Below, one piece after another: positions 11,100 through 21,320 of a stretch of DNA of 22,092 bases. This DNA comes from Octopus sinensis (taxonomy: Eukaryota): the NCBI RefSeq assembly GCF_006345805.1, contig NW_021823616.1, positions 1 through 22,092 on the forward strand, read 5' to 3'. The position numbers and the translations under genes are program-made. The stretch's first letter is position 1; each line of letters begins with the position of its first letter. The notes beneath the pieces were generated by a model that saw only the letters and a list, made by a program, of their open reading frames with translations, searched no databases and had not been told where the DNA came from.

Positions 11100-11220
11100 T
11101 GAAGCTTTCTTTTTTTTAATCTCTCTGTTTTTTTTCTCATGTTCCTTTCTGTTAAAGAGCGTAGGATCGAAACATAAAAGACTTTCTCACCTTCTTTTGT
11201 TTTTTTGTAAATTCCAACTA
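11100..11220 (+). mobile_element. Second copy of the 4826-5010 Penelope-like remnant
   Basis: CTTT-CTGTTAAA-GAGCGTAGGATC-GAAA-CA-TA-AAAG at 11145-11180. Confidence 0.55.
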
Positions 11221-11282
11221 TATATGTGTGTGTGTGTATATGTATATATATATATATAATAATAATATTAGGGAATAAATCC

Positions 11283-11433
11283 AAACTTACAGGGAAAAAT
11301 GAGATTTAGGATTAAATCCAATTTTATAGTATAAATATATTATATTATATTATATTAAATTAGAGATAAAACCACTATTAGGCAAATCAAACAGTGAAAA
11401 ACATAAGCCAATTGAATTTTTCCCTGTAAGTTT
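11283..11433. repeat. 18-bp perfect inverted repeat around an AT-rich spacer
   Basis: AAACTTACAGGGAAAAAT (11283-11300) / ATTTTTCCCTGTAAGTTT (11416-11433). Confidence 0.8.
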
Positions 11434-11468
11434 AGAATCATATACACTATTATTATTATTATCATTAC

Positions 11469-11514
<46 letters not shown>

Positions 11515-11774
11515 TATCACCCATCACTTTTTTCCTATAACTACATGACCAAGTGAATTCTTCCTTTTCTTTTTCTTTTTTTTTTTTGTCGTTTGGAAGA
11601 AGAAAAATGGGGCGATAATAAGGTGACCAAAACGGGGCAGTCGATGTAAAAAAAAAGACAAAGAATATAAAGGGTTAAGTTACGATTTATATGTAAAATA
11701 CTATTGCTTTAAATTTGCTGCGGAAAATGTATGTGATGGTGAGGTGGGGCGGGGGTACAACAAAAAATGGCCTT

Positions 11775-11791
11775 AGGTTTGGGAACCACTG
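11775..11791 (-). mobile_element. Solo hAT (Charlie-like) terminal inverted repeat
   Basis: Reverse complement is CAGTGGTTCCCAAACCT; the adjacent 8-mer TGCTAGAC resembles the NTCTAGAN target. I did not find the partner end. Confidence 0.45.
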
Positions 11792-11875
11792 TGCTAGACG
11801 ACAGGCCGTGTGGATAACACCTCGTTACTTCGATTTTCTTTTTCTTTAAAATATTCTGCTCTTCTGCTCTAGTGA

Positions 11876-12090
11876 GGTCGGCGAGCTAGCGGAACCATTA
11901 GCGTATCGAACAAAATGCCTACCGACATATATACTGGCTCTTAGTCTTCTAGGTTCAATATTCCACCAAGACTGACTTTGCTTTGCATCTTTTCGAGTTC
12001 GAAGTACCAGGGAAGGATGGAGGTTCACGGAATCGACTGACATCCTACCACTAAAACTTTGGGATTTGTTCCAAAGATTTCAAACCCATA
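11876..12090 (+). mobile_element. SINE family B, old and diverged
   Basis: GGCGAGCTAGCGGAACCATTAGC head, GGTTCAATATTCC B-box-like, GACTTTGCTTTGCATC core. Confidence 0.65.
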
Positions 12091-12104
12091 TTACGTTGTG
12101 ACTC

Positions 12105-12260
12105 TCTTAGCTCAAATCCCCGTCGAATTTATCTTCGCTTTTCATTATTTTAATATCGATAAAGCAAATTACTACTTTATATTGAACATTCCCTCTCCAT
12201 ACCATCACACTAAAACGAATTTCTGATCTCGTGCCTAAGATAAAAACCATTACTACTTTC
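12105..12260 (+). mobile_element. Highly diverged SINE family B fragment
   Basis: GCTCAAATCCCCGTCGA...CTTCGCTTTTCAT...TCGATAAA aligns loosely with the B core. Confidence 0.4.
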
Positions 12261-12439
12261 ACTGAGGGGCAGTGTGAAACGTCAAATGACATTTTCGCGG
12301 GCTATGAGTAACAGGAGTTTAAAAAGATATATCTGTATGGGGATGTGGGATAAAGAGGGTGTAAATTTCTGTTTGATAAGAACCCTATAAATAGCCAGAC
12401 CCACAAGACAGATGTTTCTTGAAATTATGACTTTGAATA

Positions 12440-12497
<58 letters not shown>

Positions 12498-12625
12498 ATA
12501 TATATGTATGTATGTGTGTGTGGTGTTATATATATACTTGCGTACGTATATGCATGCAGGCATACATGCGTACATACATATACATATGCGTGTGTGTTCC
12601 TTCCTGTGCATGCACAGACACACAC

Positions 12626-12658
<33 letters not shown>

Positions 12659-12839
12659 TGTATGTATGCATGTATGTATATATGTATGTGTGTATGTATG
12701 TAATCATGCATGTATATACGTACGTACGCATGCATATATGTATATCTGTATATCTATAAATACATAGATAGATATTTAATCACACACACACATACATATA
12801 CACACACATACACATATACATTATATATGTATAAATATC

Positions 12840-12889
<50 letters not shown>

Positions 12890-12965
12890 GATATGTATGT
12901 ATGTGTGTCTGTGTGTTTTGTGTGTGTGTGTGCTGCATGTATGCATTTATGTATGTATATATGTG
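12440..12965. repeat. Compound (TA)/(TATG)/(CA) tract
   Basis: Directly visible. Confidence 0.92.
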
Positions 12966-13769
12966 TTCTGTGTGCGTGTACGTATGTTTCGTACGTTCAT
13001 ATGTGTTTTGCCCCCGGGTTTTAAAAAGAGGTGGGAAAGTGGGATAAAGCCCATATCTTCAACGAAATCAAATATCTAATTTTATCAATTTATTCCCAAA
13101 AATAAATTCTGAAACGAGTTTAATTGATGTATGTATTACTATCTAAACTTAGCTAGTGAAAATTCTTCACGCAGGACTTAATGTAGCTTTTCAATGTAGC
13201 TACGTATGAAAGCCTGGGTGTATCTGTAGAGAGAGAGAGAGAGAGAGAGAGAGAATGGGCTCTGCGTGGGGGGCTGGATGTCTGTATGTAGGAGTGAGGT
13301 GTCTGTGCGTTCGTATATATCTATATATCTTTATAAATATGATGAGTAAAATGTGGTGCGAATGAACGAAACGTTTACGTTACGTGTGTGGATGCGAATA
13401 TAAGCTAAATTCACTTACGTGTGTGCTTGTAGGGAGTGGGGTGGGGTGGGGTGGGGGGGTAGCATTAGGGTAAGAAGGATAGGAGGATTGGATGGGAGCG
13501 CCCTTATTTATATTTCCACGTCTTTTACACCTAAACTTGGCAGAAAGGGAAAGCATATTTATGTAACCGTAAAAAATATTACTATTAAATATCTTAATTG
13601 CGTTCTTGCTTTAAATATGTGTGCGCGCGTGTGTGCGCGCATGTGTGTGTGTGTGAGTACGTGTGTGTGTATGTGCGTATATGTATGTATGTATTTATGG
13701 ACATATGTAACAATGCATATATATATATATATATATTATCTATTATATATATATATATATATATATATA

Positions 13770-14160
13770 GGCGCAGGAGTGGCTGTGTGTAAGTTGCTTG
13801 CTAACCAACCACATGGTTTGGGTTCAATCCCATTGCGTGGCATCTTGGGCAAGTGTCTTCTGCTATAGCCCCGGGCCGACCAATGCCTTGTGAGTAGATT
13901 TGGTAGACAGAAACTGAAACACACACATACATATGTATATATATATATTTATGTGTGTCTGTGTGTTTGTGTGTCTGTGTTTGACAACCGATGCTGGTGT
14001 GTGTTTACGTCCCCGTCACCTAGCGGTTCGGCAAAAGAGCCCGATAGAATAAGTACTGGGCTTACAAAGAATAAGTCCCGGGGTCGATTTGCTCGACTAA
14101 AGGCGGTGCTCCAGCATGGCCGGAGTCAAATGACTGAAACAAGTAAAAGAGTAAAAGAGT
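13770..14160 (+). mobile_element. Full-length SINE family A (tRNA head, CORE-like segment, internal microsatellite)
   Basis: TGGCTGTGTG.. A-box-like, GGTTCAATCCC B-box, CTTGGGCAAGTGTCTT, and GTAAAAGA tail repeats. Confidence 0.88.
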
Positions 14161-14167
14161 ATATATA

Positions 14168-14398
14168 CAGGGTGGCCCAAAAGTAGGTTTACAGTTATCA
14201 CGTAGGCACTTTAAATTTCTTTTAAAACATTTTATTACATTTAAATTTCTATCTTACAAACTGAAAAGGAAGCTTGACAAAATGAACTAAATTAGCATAG
14301 AATAATGGCTTCATTTTTTTTTATAATTAAGATCTAAACTGTTAATATATGAATGCGAAAGAGAGTTGAATAACTGTAAACTTACTTTTGGGTCACCC

Positions 14399-14400
<2 letters not shown>
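14168..14400. mobile_element. Tc1/mariner-type MITE, 233 bp
   Basis: 31-bp TIRs CAGGGTGGCCCAAAAGTAGGTTTACAGTTAT with 3 mismatches, flanked by TA. Confidence 0.9.
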
Positions 14401-14431
<31 letters not shown>

Positions 14432-14534
14432 TATATGTCCCGTCTGTTTTTTGCGTCGTCTCTTTGTGTGTTTTTGCGTTCTTGTCCCACTTTGTAATTT
14501 ATAATTTATATTTAATTTCTATACATATATATAT

Positions 14535-14763
14535 ATTATGATAAAAATGGTAAGACAACAAAAGAATGAAAGAGATCTCGATATTATGTAAATAGAGGAA
14601 TTTATCTGTAAATGTAATATGTGACAATTATTCGGCCCATGATAAAACTCCGAGTTTCGTAAAAAGGCCAGATAACTGAAGAGATGGCGGCGTGGATTTC
14701 CACCTCGGCATCCGAAACTCGGAGTTTTCATGGGTACCGAATAATTGTCACATATTACATTTA
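14535..14763. mobile_element. Penelope-like remnant with ~51-bp inverted arms (14609-14659 / 14713-14763)
   Basis: Inverted repeat directly visible, TA-flanked, and contains a hammerhead-like motif. Confidence 0.72.
14671..14734 (+). ncRNA. Type I hammerhead ribozyme-like motif with long stem II
   Basis: GATAA-CTGAAGA-[GATG..GTGGA TT TCCAC..CATC]C-GAAA-CTCGGAG-TT. The stem I partner TTATC is intact in the inverted arm. Confidence 0.65.
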
Positions 14764-14787
14764 TATATATATATATATGTATGTATG

Positions 14788-14821
<34 letters not shown>

Positions 14822-14988
14822 TGTATTGTATGTATGTACGTATGTATATAGTATGTTACGTATGTATGTATGTATGTATTATGTATGTATGTAGTATGTA
14901 CGTACGTACGTACGACGTATGTATGTATTATGTATGTATGTATGTATGTATGTATGTATGTATGTATGTATGTATGTATGTATGTATA
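14764..14988. repeat. (TA)n/(TATG)n microsatellite
   Basis: Directly visible. Confidence 0.95.
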
Positions 14989-15014
14989 GGTATTTATGCA
15001 TACATGTATGAAGG

Positions 15015-15565
15015 TACCAGGTTGAGTCAAAAGTTCTCTTGTATTTCAAGCTTTAATTAATGTTCAAACAAATTGCTTGCATAAAGTGTTTGCGCATCAA
15101 AATATATCCCATCACAGTCTATAATCTGTTGCCATTGTTGTGCCAGAAGCCCGATTTTACGCTTATACCATTTTCTTGGTTTAGAAACAAAAAACCTAAA
15201 CCAGCGCCATTTTCAACCTCGTCCCTACTGTTAAACCTCCGTCCGTGCAGAAAATAAGCTATGGTTCGGAAAAGGTCGTAATCTGGTAGTGCAAGGTCTG
15301 GAATGTAGGCAGAGTAAGGCAGCACTTCCAGCCCTTTCTGGTTGCTCAAGTTTGCGCTCGGTCACATTGGCAGTATGTTCTGGGGCATTGTCGTACTGTG
15401 CTTGTGTGCACCTTCGATTGAAAACACACTGGGTAGCGGGCTTTCAAAGCATCTTATACTTTTGCAGTTGTTGAGCTTAAAAGTTAGACTTCAGAGCATG
15501 TCTATGTGGGACAAACTCAAAGTGCAACATCCCTTCGAAATTCCACCAAACACAAAACACTCGGT
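15015..15565 (-). mobile_element. Degraded mariner (DD34D-type) transposon, 3' half
   Basis: VFCVWWNFEGMLHFEFVP, QYDNAPEHTANVT and EVLPYSAYIPDLALPDYDLFR correspond to the mariner WWD, HDNA-PH and YSPDLAP-D motifs. TIR-like TA-CCAGGTTGAGTCAAAAG at 15015. Confidence 0.88.
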
Positions 15566-15581
15566 TCATGTTCGTGCTCCT

Positions 15582-15662
15582 GGGAATTGTGAGTTCAATT
15601 CCTAGCAGCATGTTGTGGACTTGAGCAATGTTCCTTATTTAACGTTGCTCCAGTACACTCAG
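15582..15662 (+). mobile_element. CORE-type SINE body X fragment
   Basis: TTGTGAGTTCAATTCC...TTGAGCAA...ACGTTGCTCCAGT.CACTCAG matches 17036-17117. Confidence 0.65.
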
Positions 15663-15921
15663 AATAGTATATATATATATATATAATAAACCTTTACATA
15701 AATAAATAACGTTGAAATACATGAAGGGACGAACATAAAAGACAAACGGGTCATTAAAAGCCTTCGTTCTCAGTCAGAAAACTGATTCCTCATCGCAGAT
15801 TTCGGCTGTTTAATTCTGAGATCCGCTCTGAATCAGCCAGCCACAGAAGGAAAGAATGCAACGCAACAGAGACGAACATGAAACGAAAAAAACTTTTTGG
15901 GAGACCGGAATGGTCATTTTG

Positions 15922-16056
15922 CCAGTTTAGCTGTAGAAATGAGCTGCGACGTCACAAGTGCCAAGCTGTCTTGGCCCCTTTGCCTTTCCCTTGGATAACA
16001 CTGGTGGCGTGGAGAGGGGAGGCCGGTATGCATGGGCGACTGCTGGTCTTCCATAA
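15922..16056 (+). mobile_element. SINE tail T2 fragment
   Basis: Near-identical to 17117-17228. Confidence 0.8.
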
Positions 16057-16063
16057 AGAACCT

Positions 16064-16282
16064 AGAATTTATTGATCTAGAGATGGTCCTTGTCAGAGTA
16101 TCACACTTTGTAGTCATCAAACTCACTAAGAATATAAATGAATGATATGTGACAACCATACAAGTCATGTACAAAGGTGTTGTCAGCAAGGTGGCAATTA
16201 GCAATGAGTTCAGTAAGGAATGTGCAATTAAGTGTCAATGAAGACTTCGTTCTCAGCCCCTTCCTATTTACTATAATTCTCC
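16064..16282 (+). pseudogene. RTE-clade reverse transcriptase fragment
   Basis: EFIDLEMVLVRV...IQVMYKGVVSKV...VLSPFLFTIIL matches F(V/I)DLEKAFDRV...MY...QGSVLSPLLF. Confidence 0.75.
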
Positions 16283-16488
16283 ATGCTATAAGGATGCCTA
16301 AGTTTAAAATATATAAACGTACTGTCGGGGAATTATCTCCCTTTGCAGGTTAAAGGACACCGTGATGGTGTCAAGCCTATCTGGCGACGTCGATGTTCGC
16401 CTGGGGCTAAATGCAACAGTAACACCCCCACCCCCTGCCCTGTCCTAGCCATATTCAGATGGCTTTAGTCCATTATGTTATATATATA

Positions 16489-16890
16489 TCTTATATATAA
16501 AAGTGAAGTTGTGTGTCTGTCTCCTACGATTTAGATTCCTAATTACTCCCACATTTTTGCGGTGCAGTTTAACCAAAACCGGGTATCTTATAGTCGTGAT
16601 TCATATCGAGCCCTTCTGGGTATTAGCGCGCGTCTACGATGAGTCTACGATTTAAAAAAAAAATTACCATCATTTTTTTTCCATTTTAATGCATTTTTTC
16701 GATATTATATAAGGGAAGTAACTCTCTAAAAATGTCTACGATTAGTCAACGATTTAAAAAAAAAATTTACCATAATTTTTTTTCCATTTTTAATGCATTT
16801 TTTTTTTGCTATTTTTTGGCTATAACTCTCTAAAAATGCTTATATAGTTACTTCCCTTACAAACCCGAGCAACGCCAGCGATACTGCTAG
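16489..16890 (+). mobile_element. Non-autonomous Helitron
   Basis: A|TC...CTAG|T termini inside (TA)n with no TSD, a GC-rich imperfect hairpin (CCCGAGCAACGCCAGCG) just before CTAG, and an internal ~100-bp tandem duplication. Confidence 0.82.
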
Positions 16891-16990
16891 TATATATATA
16901 TATATATATATATATGGGGTTATATTTGTTGTTTTAATAATCTTTCTTTAAAACAACTCTTTTAAATTAATATGTATTATCATTTGGTAA

Positions 16991-17292
16991 GGCGCATGGC
17001 TCAGTGGTTAGAGCGTCGAGCTTACGATCATGAGGTTGTGAGTTCGAATCTCGGACAGGGCTGTGTGTTGTGTTCTTGAGCAAGACACTTTATTTCACGT
17101 TGCTCCAGTTCACTCAGCTGTAAAAATGAGTTGCGACGTCACAAGTACCAAGCTGTATCGGCTTTTGCCTTTCCCTTGGATAACACAGGTGGCGTGGAGA
17201 GGGGAGGCCGGTATGCATGGGCGACTGTTGTGCCTGGGAGGGTAACTTCCTAGGTGCAATCCCACGGTAAGTCATGACCGAAGGGGTTCTCA
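16991..17292 (+). mobile_element. tRNA-derived CORE-type SINE (body X + tail T2) with 12-bp TSD
   Basis: A-box TGGCTCAGTGG, B-box GTTCGAATC, perfect TSD ATCATTTGGTAA at 16979-16990 and 17293-17304. Confidence 0.92.
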
Positions 17293-17383
17293 ATCATTTG
17301 GTAAATTTCTAATACAATATTTTTAGATTGATTTGTTATATAGTTATTTAGACAATTGAGTAAATATTAGTCGAGTAAGTATC

Positions 17384-17538
17384 ATCTGTATTTCAATGGC
17401 CCAGCCTTGTGCCATTTTGTGTCACACTGAATCTCCCTGAGAACTGCGTTAAGAATACGCATTTCTGTGGAATACTCGCCCACCTGCCCGTTAATTTCAC
17501 AAGCAGGTTGTTCCATTGATCGGATGATATGGAACACC
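17384..17538 (+). mobile_element. Diverged SINE tail T1
   Basis: Aligns with 18295-18445. Confidence 0.75.
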
Positions 17539-17546
17539 AGAGGAAT

Positions 17547-17880
17547 GCGACGAAATAGCAGAATCGTTAGCAAACCGGGTAAAATGCTTTACGGTATTTC
17601 GTCTGCCGTTACGTTGTGAGTTTCAAAATTCCGCCGAGGTCGACTTTGCCTTTCATCCTCTCGGGGTCGATAAATTAAGTACCAGTTACGCACTGGGGTC
17701 GATGTAATCGACTTAATACCTATGTCTGTCCTTGTTTGTCCCCTCTGTGTTTAGCCCCTTGTGGGTAATAAAGAATTAAGTATTTCTCCCGTCTTTACGT
17801 CCTGTGATCAAATTCCGTCGAGGTTGACTTTGCTTTTTGTCTTTCCAGAGTCGATGAACAAATACCAACTGAACACCGGT
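17547..17880 (+). mobile_element. Nested family B SINEs: old head, young copy (17594-17779), old remainder (17780-17880)
   Basis: GTATTTC at both 17594 and 17780. The middle part is near-identical to 4287-4468, while the flanks are diverged. Confidence 0.8.
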
Positions 17881-17882
17881 GT

Positions 17883-18168
17883 GTGGAGGCACATGGCCTA
17901 GTGGTTAGGAATCGCGGTTTCGAATCTCAGACCGGGTGATGTGTGTGTGTGTTTATGAGCGAAACACCTAAGTACCACGCGGCTCCGACAGAAGGTAATG
18001 GCGAACTTCTGCTGACTCTTTCGCCACAACTTTCTCTCACTCTTTCCTCCTGCATCTTGCAGCTCATCTGCGACGGACCGGCGTCCCGCCCAGGTGGGGA
18101 ACCTATACGCCAAGGAAACCGGGAAACCGGTCCTAATGAGCCAGGTATGGCTCGAGAAGGAAGGAACA
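17883..18168 (+). mobile_element. tRNA-derived SINE (body Y + tail T3)
   Basis: Head and GAGCGAAACACCTAA body as in 7430-7620, with a different 3' part CTGCGACGGACCGGCGTCCCG...GAAACCGG. Confidence 0.82.
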
Positions 18169-18170
18169 CC

Positions 18171-18270
18171 TATTTCTTTATTACCCACAAGAGGCTAAAC
18201 ACAGAGGGGACAAACAAGGACAGACATAGGTATTAAGTCGATTATATCGACCCCAGTTGCAAAACTGGTA
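18171..18270 (-). mobile_element. SINE family B 3' fragment
   Basis: Reverse complement of ~17680-17778. Confidence 0.85.
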
Positions 18271-18280
18271 TTTGTATTTC

Positions 18281-18468
18281 AAATGACTTGTACTTGTATT
18301 TCAAAGGGTCAGCCTTGTCACTCTCTGTGTCACGCTGATTATCCCCGAGAACTACGTTAAGGGTACACGTGTGTGTGGAATACTCAGCCATTTGCACGTT
18401 AATTTCACGAGCAAGCTGTTCCGTTGATCGTATCAGCTGGGACCCTCGTCGTCGTAACCGGCGGAGTC
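18281..18468 (+). mobile_element. SINE tail T1 copy
   Basis: Near-identical to 18584-18770. Confidence 0.85.
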
Positions 18469-18475
18469 TTTAAAA

Positions 18476-18770
18476 GGACATTCGACTGACGATTGTAAGG
18501 TTGTGAGTTCGATTCCCGGCGACGCGTTGTGTCCTTGAGCAAGACACTTTATTTCACGTTGCTCCAGTCCACTCAGCTGGCAAAAATGAGTTGTACTTGT
18601 ATTTCAAAGGGTCAGCCTTGTCACTCTCTGTGTCACGCTGATTATCCCCGAGAACTACGTTAGGGGTACACGTGTCTGTGGAATGCTCAGCCATTTGCAC
18701 GTTAATTTCACGAGCAAGCTGTTCCGTTGATCGTATCAGCTGGGACCCTCGTCGTCGTAACCGGCGGTTC
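18476..18770 (+). mobile_element. CORE-type SINE (body X + tail T1), slightly 5'-truncated
   Basis: B-box GTTCGATTCCC, GTGTCCTTGAGCAAGACACTT, tail T1, followed by a T run. Confidence 0.85.
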
Positions 18771-18786
18771 TTTTTTTTTTTTTTAG

Positions 18787-18940
18787 AGTTACCTCAAAGG
18801 GAAAAATGTTCGTCAATTAACAGCGCACACCGGATGAACTGAAAGCTTCAATTAGTCAAGAATTTACAGCAATACGTCAAGAAATGATACGGCGGTGAAT
18901 GCAGAGCTTCCAACTAGAAACAAAAGAAAGCGTTATTTCA
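18787..18940 (+). pseudogene. Tc1-like transposase C-terminal fragment
   Basis: YLKGK/MFVN*QRTPDELKASISQEFTAIRQEMIRR matches the YLK-KVY...T..ELK..I..E...I..EM pattern. Confidence 0.6.
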
Positions 18941-19082
18941 AAAACTAAATGAACTGTTATTCATGTGTTACTTACGTGTGTTAGTTCTATGATTATAAAT
19001 GACATGCATTGTTCGGCACATTTAGACAATAAAGGGCGATAATATTCTATATTTGCTCTATTTAATATATTTGTCGAACATT

Positions 19083-19119
<37 letters not shown>

Positions 19120-19446
19120 TTTTAAAGCTATCAGGCTTTCCTTACGGTCAATGCGCGTGCGTGTGTGTGTGTGGGCATGATGTGTGTGAGGGAGCAAGTA
19201 CATGTGTACTCATGTAAATAGACTTGATATTGTACGAAAGAAAATCTTCTCGTTTCTTCCACCGCTCATCACCCTCACCCTATACAATATAATATAATAT
19301 ATCATATATATATATATACACATACACACACATATATATATACACACACACATATTTGTATATATATATATATATATATATAAGGAGAGAGGGGGATGAA
19401 AGAGGGAGGGGAGCGATGGTGGCAGGGGAAGATATACAATTAAGTT

Positions 19447-19488
19447 TGTGTGTGTGTGTGTGTTTGTGTATGTATGTGTGTGAGAGAG

Positions 19489-19536
<48 letters not shown>

Positions 19537-19843
19537 TATGTGTGTATGTGTGTGTGTGTCTGTGTGTGTGTGTGTGTGTATGTGTGTGTGTGTGTGTGTC
19601 TGTGTGTGTGTGTGTGTGTGTGTGTCTGTGTGTGTGTGTGTGTCTGTGTGTCTGGTGTTGTGTGTGTGTCGGTGTGTGTGTGTGTGTGTGTCTGTGTGTG
19701 GTGTGTATCTGTGTGTGTCTGTGTGTGTGTGTGTCTGTGTATGTGTGTGTGTGTGTGTGTCTGTGTGTGTATGTGTGTGTGTGTGTCTGTGTGTGTGTGT
19801 GTGTGTCTGTGTGTGTGTGTGTGTGTCTCTTGTGTGTGTGTGT

Positions 19844-19892
<49 letters not shown>
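19447..19892. repeat. Long interrupted (TG)n microsatellite
   Basis: Directly visible. Confidence 0.97.
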
Positions 19893-19894
<2 letters not shown>

Positions 19895-20240
19895 TGTATG
19901 CGTCTTAGTCTTTTGTTCGTTATATGCATACCGTCTTCTTTCATAATGTAGAGTGTACGCTGTGAGAGAATTATTTAAGAGTCCGCGAAAAATATCAGAG
20001 TAAAACAATTACAAAAACTAATGCTTTTCTAGTTTCAAGTTATCGCTTACCCCATTAGAAATAGCAGCCAAATCTCCTTACAATCGCAGTTCGTCATTAT
20101 CTTCTTTTGAAAATAACAAGAACACGTTGGGTTATGTTTTCTTGTTGGCACCAAAAGACGGCATGGCTTCCGTCTGGAATGTCGACAGTTATAATTCTTG
20201 TCAGTATGGTTTGACATGGAGCAATGCAACAAATAATATC

Positions 20241-20395
20241 TTTAACATTGCTTGTAATAACATTGCTTATAATAACATTGATTTGAAAGACATTGATTTG
20301 AATAACATTGATTGGAATAACATTCATTGGAATAACATTCATTGGAATAACATTCATTGGAATAACATTCATTGGAATAACATTGACTGGAATAA
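20241..20395. repeat. 15-bp minisatellite, ~10 units, consensus AATAACATT(C/G)ATTGG
   Basis: Exact 15-bp phase; four identical units at 20316-20375. Confidence 0.93.
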
Positions 20396-20506
20396 ACTAT
20401 TGAAAAGTCACTGCTCCTGTACTACTAACATTTGTGGTTAGAATGCCGCGGGAAAGGATCGCAGGGGAGCTTCTTCAAGCCGAGCAGACGATCAAGAATG
20501 AAATGG

Positions 20507-20739
20507 TACTCTTGTACTCTTTTATTCTTTTATTTGTTTCAGTCATTTGACTGTCGCCATGCTGGAGCACAGCCTTTAGTCGAGCAGATCAACCCAAGGA
20601 CATCTTCTTTGTAAGCCTATCGATCTCTTTTGCCGAACTGCTAAGTTACGGGGACGTAAACACACCAGCATCAGTTGTCAAGCGATGTTGGGGGGACAAA
20701 CACAGACACACAAACATATACACACACATACACACACAC

Positions 20740-20819
<80 letters not shown>

Positions 20820-20970
20820 ACATATATACGACGGGCTTGTTTCAGTTCCCGTCTACCAAATCCACTCACAAGGCATTGGTCGGCCCGATGCTATAGTAGA
20901 AGACACTTGACTGAACCCGGAACCATGTGGTTGGTAAGCAAGCTACTTACCACATAGCCACTCATATGCC
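20507..20970 (-). mobile_element. SINE family A, near full length
   Basis: Reverse complement of 13770-14160 with small deletions and an internal (CA)/(TA) tract. Confidence 0.87.
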
Positions 20971-20974
20971 AACA

Positions 20975-21060
20975 GCGGTCACCCATCTAAGTACTAACTA
21001 GGCTCGACGTTGCTTAACTTCGGTGATCGACGAGAACCGGTACTTTCAGCGTGATATGGC
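20975..21060 (-). pseudogene. 3'-truncated 5S rRNA-derived sequence
   Basis: Minus strand GCCATATCACGCTGAAAGTACCGGTTCTCGTCGATCACCGAAGTTAAGCAACGTCGAGCCTAGTTAGTACTTAGATGGGTGACCGC follows invertebrate 5S rRNA but lacks roughly the last 25-30 nt. Confidence 0.9.
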
Positions 21061-21085
21061 TGGATAACATCTGTAGTTACAGTAT

Positions 21086-21303
21086 AAGGTGGCGAACTGG
21101 CACAGTCACTAGTAGCCCGGGTAAAAGATGCTTAGCGATGTTTCGTCTGTCTTTATATTCTGAGTTCAAATTCGATCGAGGTCGACTTTGTCTTTCATCA
21201 TTTCTGTGTCCATGAAATAATTACCAATTGAGCAATGGAGTCGATGTAATCGATTTACCCCTCCTTCGAAAGTGCTGGCCTTGTGTCAAAATTTGTAACC
21301 AAT
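21086..21303 (+). mobile_element. SINE family B, old subfamily with alternative tail
   Basis: Head, B-box GAGTTCAAATTC and core as in family B; tail GCTGGCCTTGTGTCAAAATTTG. Imperfect TSD at 21069-21083 / 21304-21318. Confidence 0.8.
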
Positions 21304-21320
21304 ATCTATAGTTTCCGTTA

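Noticed and set aside
15720-15850. Possible further hammerhead or Penelope remnant on the minus strand
   Set aside because: GGCTG...CAGCC-GAAA is present but there is no intact CTGANGA in register.
16991-17060. tRNA gene
   Set aside because: A and B boxes are present but there is no paired acceptor stem; it continues into a SINE body bounded by a TSD. The same applies to 7550-7620 and 13770-13835.
19210-20008. His/Thr- or Cys/Val-rich ORFs
   Set aside because: Translations of (TG)n.
20241-20395. CRISPR-like array
   Set aside because: Contiguous 15-bp units with no spacers, no cas genes, and a eukaryotic context.
20975-21060. Functional 5S rRNA gene
   Set aside because: Truncated at the 3' end, no T-run terminator, and not in a tandem array.
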